A DNA stretch of 49,227 nucleotides from Candidatus Pacearchaeota archaeon (GTDB lineage: Archaea; Nanobdellota; Nanobdellia; Pacearchaeales; GW2011-AR1). The stretch covers positions 1 through 49,227 of the forward strand of contig JAFCDA010000002.1 of assembly GCA_017609915.1 (NCBI GenBank), given 5' to 3'. This document shows positions 44,001 to 49,227 of this stretch, piece by piece. Within the stretch, counting starts at the first letter, position 1. Each line of letters opens with the position of its first letter. The notes beneath the pieces are model-generated. The model saw only the letters and a list, made by a program, of their open reading frames with translations. It did not search any database and was not told where the DNA came from. The translations under genes were made by a program, and so were the position numbers.

Positions 44001-47000
44001 AATTTTCTCCCTCTCACTACCATCATCTTTCATTTTATGCACTTCATATGACCAATTAGAAGGACCGCCAGTAGTATTAATATGCCAAAACAAAAGATTT
44101 TCATTATCAATCCATTCAGGCATAATATCTGCATATGCATTAGCCAAAGGACCTGTGAAATGCTGGGCAGAAATATCAACTTCTGATAAAGGCTCACTTA
44201 CATTACCAACATAAATATGCCAATTATGCACATCTAATTGTCCTAATTCATATATAGTCCTTCTCATAAATGCAACATTAGTCCCATCAGGAGATAATTT
44301 AGGGTCAGTATCTCCAGTGCTTCCACCTCCAACCCCTTTTAAATAAACCACACTCCCATTAGGATATCTTGGAATTGCAATTGGATGAGCATTTGAACCA
44401 TCTTCATCCATTATCCAAATCCCTCTAATACTTCCTGTTTCTGGAAAACTATAATCATATTGATTATATACACTAGCATTAGCAGTTCCTGGAAAAACAA
44501 TCTTATTTCCAACTTGATGAGGATCTGTACACTTAACATTTGCAGGAGTGTTTAATCTTATGTCATTAATAACGTCCATATTTGCATCTAAATCTAATTT
44601 ATAAATTCCTCCAACAGGGGTGCCTGCTTTCCATCCCAAATACAATAAACTATTATCTGTAATCCAATAACTATTTGCAGCCATTTCATTAGGTTTTGGA
44701 CCAACTAATGTTTTCATTTCAGATCCATCTGCCCTAATAATTATTATTTCAGTATTAGCATAATCAGGTTCTACTGCACAACCATCACTTCCAACATAAT
44801 TATAACGTGAAAAAGCAATCCACTCTCCATTTGGAGAAGCTCTTGCATGGCTCATTCCTCTGTAAGAATCTGTGATAAGAAGTTTCATTTCATTCCCATC
44901 TAAATTAGCTGTATAAAGCCCAAAAACAGAATCTCCACAATCATCTGTATTTATTCTATCTAAACAATTATCTCCTCCTAATGTACAATTATAAGAATCA
45001 GTTCCATTACAAAAACTTCCTTCTGAAGAACAACCAACATCATTTACACAACTAGTTATACACTTTCCTCCATCTAAATCACAACCCAAAGCTCCACCAA
45101 TATTACAAACATCTCCTAAGCATTCTTCTTCAGAATAATCCTCACAAACATCAACAAGATCACTACAAGCATAACTTAAATCAACACAGTTTTCTGAACC
45201 TGAAATTTTTCCTACAAAATAACATTCATTAAAAACACTGCATGAACTATGACATTCATCATAAGAACAATCATCATATAACCACCAATCATCACAATCT
45301 TCACATGAAGAACAATCAGATTGAACACAATCATTAATAGAATCACAATATTCCCAAGTTTGGCAATTCCCATCATTAGAAGTTCCTGTACAAATTCCTA
45401 AACTACATATATCATTATCAGTACATCCAACCCCATCATCACAAGAAGCTATATTAAAAGAAAACACACATCCTGTTAAAACATCACAGGAATTATCAGT
45501 ACAAACATCACCATCATCACAAAGAAGATCATTTCCTATATGGGTTATACCCTCAATTTCATCACAAGAATCTATTGTACAATCTATTTCATCATCAATA
45601 TTAACATCATCTGCTATACAATTTCCAGAACTACAAACATCATTTTCAGTACATAATAATCCTTGATCACAACTGTTAGCATCATTATTTACATTTTGAC
45701 AAGTTAATAATGCTGTACAAATATCATCTGTACATGAATTACTATCATCACATTCAATAGGTGCAGGCCCTTGAACAGAACAAGAACAACCTAAAGTATC
45801 ATAATCACACTCATCATTTAGTTCATCACAAGAATCTATTGTACATGACACTAAATCATCACAATCTTGTGCACTTCCACTTTGGCAATCTAAAACAGCA
45901 TCACAATATTCATTACCATCACACCATAAACCGTTATCACAAAAACCATGGTCAAGAGTATTAACAATAATATCATTAACTTCATCACAAGAATCTATAG
46001 TGCATGCAATAGAATCATCTAAATTAGGAGATGTTCCACTTTGACAATCTAAAACAGCATCACAATATTCATTACCATCACACCATAAACCGTTATCACA
46101 TATACTATCATTAATAGTATTTACGCAATTCCCATCAGAACAAACATCATCAGTACAAGAAACTAAATCATCACAATCAGAATCAATTATACAAGGCTCT
46201 AAACATGCTCCATCTAAACATCCAGAACTACATTTGTAGATTTGGGTCTTAACTTCTGATTTATTAATAGTTGAATTATAATAACATGAATATTCTGTTA
46301 CATTTATAGCATCTACACATACATCAAAATAAATAATCTCAGAATGATTTACTGTTCCATTAAGATAATAATCAAATCCATCAGAATCAATACAAGATTG
46401 GGTTTTATTAATACATAAATTTGTTAAAGCTCCAGGCCCATCATAACAAACATCTTCTAAACCACAATTATTTTCAATCCATTGTTCTTCTGTTCCAGAA
46501 GGACAAATATCTCTTATTTGTTTTCTTTCTCTTAAAAGATCAAAACATCTGTATTCACTTGCATCTACCCATGAGCCTGTTGTACAAGAAGGTTCTTCAT
46601 CTCCACTGCCTCCTCCGCCACCTCCTCCTCCGCCTCCTCCTCCGCCACCACCTAAGTGGCCTTTAGCAGGCGCGTCTATATCTTTCTCACTTCCTGGTTC
46701 ATACTCAAAAACAACATCAACTTCTACTATATTATCAAAATTCTCTAAATAAATATCTGATGCATTAATTTCATAATCCTGTTTTTTTTCATCTACATCA
46801 TAATAAAACTCATCTCCATGTTTATCTTTAAAAGTAATCTTAATCTTAGTAATATTTTCATCTAAATCTTTTAATCTAATATATGCTGTTTGCCCTGCTC
46901 CACTTATCAAAACTGATTCAATACTTGCTCCAAGTTTTAACTGCTTTTCTGAACTATAAAAATAAAAAATAAAAAATAAAGCAATTACAATTCCTATAAA

Positions 47001-47105
47001 AATTATTAAAAAACTGATCTTAATTCCTTTTCTTTTTTTAGAGTATTTTTGATGTAAATTACCCAGTACTTGTTCTGTAGATTCTACCCCTTTTTCCATA
47101 GACAA
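41004..47105 (-). CDS. Giant (2033 aa) membrane-anchored, Cys-rich multidomain surface protein: Cys-rich repeats, two TolB-like beta-propellers and a right-handed beta-helix
   Basis: N-terminal TM segment (ISFLIIFIGIVIALFFIFYFY), a Gly15 linker, then about 500 aa of CxDxxC-type modules. Two paralogous propeller modules (LYTANLDGNEMKLL.. and LYTSNLGGSEMKLI..) are separated by Cys-rich linkers. A pectate-lyase-like beta-helix follows (NHVHDQHGD, IRNNTVHDG), ending in a Cys knot and an amphipathic tail. Confidence 0.8.
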   Translation of the reverse strand: MSMEKGVESTEQVLGNLHQKYSKKRKGIKISFLIIFIGIVIALFFIFYFYSSEKQLKLGASIESVLISGAGQTAYIRLKDLDENITKIKITFKDKHGDEFYYDVDEKKQDYEINASDIYLENFDNIVEVDVVFEYEPGSEKDIDAPAKGHLGGGGGGGGGGGGGGGSGDEEPSCTTGSWVDASEYRCFDLLRERKQIRDICPSGTEEQWIENNCGLEDVCYDGPGALTNLCINKTQSCIDSDGFDYYLNGTVNHSEIIYFDVCVDAINVTEYSCYYNSTINKSEVKTQIYKCSSGCLDGACLEPCIIDSDCDDLVSCTDDVCSDGNCVNTINDSICDNGLWCDGNEYCDAVLDCQSGTSPNLDDSIACTIDSCDEVNDIIVNTLDHGFCDNGLWCDGNEYCDAVLDCQSGSAQDCDDLVSCTIDSCDELNDECDYDTLGCSCSVQGPAPIECDDSNSCTDDICTALLTCQNVNNDANSCDQGLLCTENDVCSSGNCIADDVNIDDEIDCTIDSCDEIEGITHIGNDLLCDDGDVCTDNSCDVLTGCVFSFNIASCDDGVGCTDNDICSLGICTGTSNDGNCQTWEYCDSINDCVQSDCSSCEDCDDWWLYDDCSYDECHSSCSVFNECYFVGKISGSENCVDLSYACSDLVDVCEDYSEEECLGDVCNIGGALGCDLDGGKCITSCVNDVGCSSEGSFCNGTDSYNCTLGGDNCLDRINTDDCGDSVFGLYTANLDGNEMKLLITDSYRGMSHARASPNGEWIAFSRYNYVGSDGCAVEPDYANTEIIIIRADGSEMKTLVGPKPNEMAANSYWITDNSLLYLGWKAGTPVGGIYKLDLDANMDVINDIRLNTPANVKCTDPHQVGNKIVFPGTANASVYNQYDYSFPETGSIRGIWIMDEDGSNAHPIAIPRYPNGSVVYLKGVGGGSTGDTDPKLSPDGTNVAFMRRTIYELGQLDVHNWHIYVGNVSEPLSEVDISAQHFTGPLANAYADIMPEWIDNENLLFWHINTTGGPSNWSYEVHKMKDDGSEREKIPLPQGYEYTQPSFFAKENKIIVSAKKIGEFCVECINDVDCDVGETCLDGKCVKSTELCGTEICDEDFYCDNDVCKPAVFGLYTSNLGGSEMKLIHGDTYREMTHARVSPNKQLITYSTYNNVGGHFKDPNCAAQVNTDWSSNYLNTEVLVMNLSSKEVKSLFSPDPDETYVNSYWITDNSLVYLYGDPIGEIYQIFLNESLDVISEIKFTMPPGVIGPTDPHQVGNKIVFPASYYNNGTFGMPELWFRGIWRMNENGSGAELLTLPRNLSGGLQGDGYGDVDPKISPDETKVAFMRFTNEDNWHTYIVNVSEPGNETDISEQHIPLYDADGVPEWLNNEKVIIWYVNWTGFFTGPRLYDTDDIINEIYVMNYTGGEREKIPLPEGYRYTQPSLFEGDGYSDNTKILFSAKRLDLACEGGPTCTDDDGCSSVGVFCQGKMLYNCSLGSDTCLDRTNLTDCGVDTCVPGIGCVIQNTYYVSPIGAGSHDGSIGNEFNLSEAQLNASARLDEEITFLLDSGNYGEFSLIDMPIRNPGKWATYKADSGKTPIFERIYIYNKNQQDAYLKFDGIKVQHPEFNPLDYPGIDFSDGWSHPVLGSVAAVIRANHVQVMNCWLNGSNKYVSQYGVSVSYSDDVTIHGCETTNTRGGIFADGANDFVCSSNHAHAMSEGSGIRIQGVSTGVLIEGNHVHDQHGDSSDLYYPYISWHPGSGLSIRGSNRVIRNNTVHDGFSQGMLFYDIGISYHNMTVENNLFYDTGRVYLYNSGTNISVRNNTFIPGVKVDGIAKYDILQRFTASGFGFGMHQDYDGSGIEIYNNIIVGNYGLPNFTYNYTEDYNIFWMRGGTNGYEGGKGPNTITVVWKNDFSPYALHGYPNYFSDIGFIGSTPEYDYSIDGITPFFVNPGFYTAEALGGKDRGYFWDYHPLISSPVCDGSMPDSTVGVAWAGALPCVCTTDQQCVDVFGVGDTCDIQTGECSSIPSLSPFAKIWGWLKAVFAKLFG
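45875..45941. repeat. 67-bp intragenic direct repeat, copy 1
   Basis: 66 of 67 positions identical to 46034-46100 (period 159 bp = 53 aa). Encodes CDNGLWCDGNEYCDAVLDCQSG. Confidence 0.9.
46034..46100. repeat. 67-bp intragenic direct repeat, copy 2
   Basis: See copy 1. Confidence 0.9.
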
Positions 47106-47133
47106 GACAAGATTTAGATATTAATAAAGTTTA

Positions 47134-47364
47134 TTACTTTGTTTTATCTTCTAATCTCTTAGGGCCTGTATTAACTAGTACCGCTAATAAAATATGTCTT
47201 AATCTATCAACAGAAATTTTATTTAAATAATCCTCTGTAAAATCTAGTTTAAACCTACCCCTAAAAGTTCTTATTCTTCTTTTTAACTCATCTCTTCCTA
47301 AACCAGATGTTTGATTAACATAATTCTGAACTCTTTCACCAGGCATAGGATCATAATTATTCAT
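47134..47364 (-). CDS. Hypothetical protein (76 aa)
   Basis: ORF only, co-directional with the flanking genes. Confidence 0.4.
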   Translation of the reverse strand: MNNYDPMPGERVQNYVNQTSGLGRDELKRRIRTFRGRFKLDFTEDYLNKISVDRLRHILLAVLVNTGPKRLEDKTK

Positions 47365-47395
47365 AAAAAATATAATAAAAAATTAGTTTTTATAT

Positions 47396-48376
47396 TTATC
47401 TCCAGATAACTTCGATGTCATCTGTTCTCTCACGAGGATTTATATCAACTTTATCAATTTCCTTACCACTAACCCCAAAACCTTTATCAAACATTATCTC
47501 TCCTAAATAAGCAATCATTCCCCCATTATCGACAAGCAAATCTCGAGAAGGAACAAAAAATTTACACCCTCTTTCTTCACACATAATTTTACACATTTCT
47601 TGCAATCGAGTATTACAAGCAACACCTCCACCAAGCAAAAGCTCTTTTTTTCCTGTATGAGCTAATGCTCTCTCACTTGCTTCAACCAACATTGCGAAAA
47701 TAGTTTCTTGTAAAGAATAAGATAAATCTTCTAATTTATATTTCCCACTATCATACATTTGTTTTAGTTTAGTTAAAATACCTGAAAAAGCAACATCCAT
47801 TCCTTTTATTGAATAAGGAAGTTCAATATATTTTCCTGTCTCAGCTAATTTCTGTATTTTAGGTCCTCCTGGAAAACCAATTCCAGCACATCTTGCAAAA
47901 TTATCAATAAAATTTCCAACACCAATATCTAATGTTTCTCCAAAAACCCGATATTTTCCCCCTGCATAAGCAATTATCTGTGTATTAGCACCAGAAGCAT
48001 ATAAAAGAACAGGATCTTTAGCTCCAGTTAATTTCCCAATTTCAAGGTGAGCAACACAATGGTTTACAGGGACAATCGGAACATTAAGCTCTCCCGCCTT
48101 CTTTTTAGCAAATTTCATTCCTTCAACTAAACAAGGAGCTAAACCAGGAGAAGCAGAAATTGCAATTGCATTAATATCCTTTTCAGAAATTCCCACTTCT
48201 TTCAAAGCTTTATTAAAAAGTTCTTCTGAAATTTCATTATGATGTTTAGCTGCATCCATAGGAACTATCCCTCCTTTTTCAGTTGTATAACTATCTTTAA
48301 CATTACAAAGAACTTTTCCCTTATCAACAACCCCAATTCCAAAAGTATGTGCTGTTGATTCAATTCCTAAAATCAT
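47396..48376 (-). CDS. kae1: tRNA N6-adenosine threonylcarbamoyltransferase Kae1 (KEOPS catalytic subunit), not fused to Bud32
   Basis: MILGIESTAHTFGIGVV and VNHCVAHLE (metal-binding His pair). ASKHA fold, 326 aa. Confidence 0.9.
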   Translation of the reverse strand: MILGIESTAHTFGIGVVDKGKVLCNVKDSYTTEKGGIVPMDAAKHHNEISEELFNKALKEVGISEKDINAIAISASPGLAPCLVEGMKFAKKKAGELNVPIVPVNHCVAHLEIGKLTGAKDPVLLYASGANTQIIAYAGGKYRVFGETLDIGVGNFIDNFARCAGIGFPGGPKIQKLAETGKYIELPYSIKGMDVAFSGILTKLKQMYDSGKYKLEDLSYSLQETIFAMLVEASERALAHTGKKELLLGGGVACNTRLQEMCKIMCEERGCKFFVPSRDLLVDNGGMIAYLGEIMFDKGFGVSGKEIDKVDINPRERTDDIEVIWR

Positions 48377-48420
48377 AAAACAAGAAAAAAATCTAGATAT
48401 TTAAGTATTACTAAAAACAA

Positions 48421-48495
48421 TAAATCATAAAATTTCCTTAGAATCTCATTACATCTTAAAGCTTTACACTTCTCATCTCCAAAACCTATATGGAC
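48421..48495 (-). repeat. Dispersed intergenic module, copy H (reverse orientation)
   Basis: The reverse complement reads ccatataggttttggagatgagaagtgtaaagctttaagatgtaatgagattctaaggaaattttatgattta. Confidence 0.4.
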
Positions 48496-48606
48496 TTATT
48501 AAATTCCAGTTAAATATAAATTTAATAAATAAAATAAAAAAACATACATAAAAACCATCAAATAAGAAACACCTCTTTTCCCAAAGATTGATTTAATTTA
48601 ACATGA

Positions 48607-48738
48607 TTATTTTTTCTTTTTTTTCTTTTTTCTTCCGCCCCTTGACATTTTAGCTTCGCACAAATTTCCTGCGCCATCAATATAATATAAATGTCCTGGC
48701 TTTCTATCAACTACATTTTTTTTAATTACTTTTCCCAT
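48607..48738 (-). CDS. Small basic protein (43 aa) with a poly-Lys tail
   Basis: Not in the ORF track. MGKVIKKNVVDRKPGHLYYIDGAGNLCEAKMSRGGRKKKKKKK. GGAGG lies upstream of the ATG. Confidence 0.4.
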   Translation of the reverse strand: MGKVIKKNVVDRKPGHLYYIDGAGNLCEAKMSRGGRKKKKKKK

Positions 48739-48781
48739 TCTAAAACCTCCTTTCAATAAAGAGCTTAATACTTTTAAGTAT

Positions 48782-49111
48782 TTAAAGGTTTCTTTCGTCG
48801 GTAAACTTAGAAAAAGCTTCTGAATTCGACGGTATTTCTAAAAGTTTATCAAACTTTTCTTTGGGTTTAATTGAAATCTTTTTAGATTTTATTAATTTAA
48901 CGTCGACAATTCTTTCACCATCAAACCAAATTGCAAAAAAAGGCAAACAAAAAAAAGAATGGATACTTCTTTTTTCTGATTTTCTAAAAACAAAAAGTAA
49001 AGGTTTACTATTATTCTTAAACATTAATCCTCTTGCTTTTGAAAAAACATTCTTACATTCTTTAACATCTATTTCAAAATCTTTTCCTTTGTAATTAAAT
49101 TTAAATTTCAT
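48782..49111 (-). CDS. DUF192-family protein
   Basis: ARGLMF...PLLFVF...IHSFFCLPFFAIWFD resembles the DUF192 (COG1430) pattern. Confidence 0.6.
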   Translation of the reverse strand: MKFKFNYKGKDFEIDVKECKNVFSKARGLMFKNNSKPLLFVFRKSEKRSIHSFFCLPFFAIWFDGERIVDVKLIKSKKISIKPKEKFDKLLEIPSNSEAFSKFTDERNL

Positions 49112-49119
49112 TTTTTTAT

Positions 49120-49227
49120 TTAATCTTCATCATATAAATCTCTCACATACTCCTTATACAGTTTCTCAACATTCTTATTATTAACAACATTGTGGTGTTT
49201 AAATCCTCCACCAAAACAATTTGGAAT
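49120..49227 (-). CDS. C-terminal end of an unidentified protein; runs off the window edge
   Basis: Open frame ..IPNCFGGGFKHHNVVNNKNVEKLYKEYVRDLYDED with its stop at 49120-49122. Confidence 0.3.
   Translation of the reverse strand: MPNCFGGGFKHHNVVNNKNVEKLYKEYVRDLYDED

Noticed and set aside
45875-46100. The 67-bp repeat pair as a DGR template/variable repeat
   Set aside because: There is no reverse transcriptase gene in the window. The single mismatch is C/T on the coding strand rather than adenine-specific, and both copies are in-frame modules of the same protein.
46608-46652. The Gly15 run as an assembly or sequencing artefact or a simple microsatellite
   Set aside because: It is encoded by mixed GGT/GGC/GGA codons rather than a pure repeat unit, and the long ORF stays in frame. 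It is more likely a genuine flexible linker.
40966-46666. Several plus-strand ORFs inside the giant gene (40966-41241, 41051-41305, 41592-41855, 42740-43025, 45761-45964, 46421-46666)
   Set aside because: All lie antisense within a 6.1-kb uninterrupted ORF that has recognisable domain structure.
596-48495. Interpretation of the dispersed intergenic modules as box C/D sRNAs (GAAGATGA resembles a C box)
   Set aside because: The box reads AGAUGA rather than RUGAUGA. There is no consistent CUGA D box at the right distance, and no C'/D' pair or guide-length spacing.
1-49227. CRISPR arrays, rRNA genes and additional tRNAs
   Set aside because: I saw no regularly spaced 25-40-nt direct repeats and no rRNA-like GC-rich blocks. 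The only cloverleaf I could fold is the tRNA-Ser at 3777-3856. A computational scan (tRNAscan-SE, Infernal, a CRISPR finder) would be needed to be certain.

Overview
The window is strongly AT-rich and clearly archaeal. It encodes uS10, eS6, eS28, eL24, L7Ae, aIF2-gamma, aIF5B and Kae1. The compact gene layout, many gene fragments and giant surface proteins suggest a DPANN-type, host-associated archaeon; this lineage call is inference. All family calls rest on motif recognition by eye, because no searches were run. Core translation and replication genes (including gyrB-HD-gyrA) flank a mosaic accessory block at about 3.86-20.84 kb. That block starts at a tRNA-Ser(GGA) gene and ends at a truncated dph2. 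It has two main parts. (1) A ~6.85 kb island is bracketed by a duplicated tRNA 3' end. It carries integrase remnants and a compact operon of an unannotated 54-aa peptide, a SPASM/twitch radical-SAM enzyme and a B12-binding radical-SAM enzyme. Two paralogous double-Lrp regulators, which share a promoter block, flank this operon. This RiPP-like operon is my top candidate for an undescribed system. (2) A tightly packed, roughly 17-ORF redox/metal/Fe-S operon (DUF5320, DUF134, thioredoxin, FTR-like protein, ferredoxins, NifX-like proteins, MinD-ferredoxin ATPase) is bracketed by perfect 50-bp direct repeats. Other notable items are a uL18-like domain fused to a coiled coil of about 1050 aa, a 2033-aa Cys-rich surface protein, a dispersed ~80-nt intergenic module present in about 10 copies, and a switch-like structured leader upstream of a NYN gene. 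I saw no CRISPR array and no rRNA gene.
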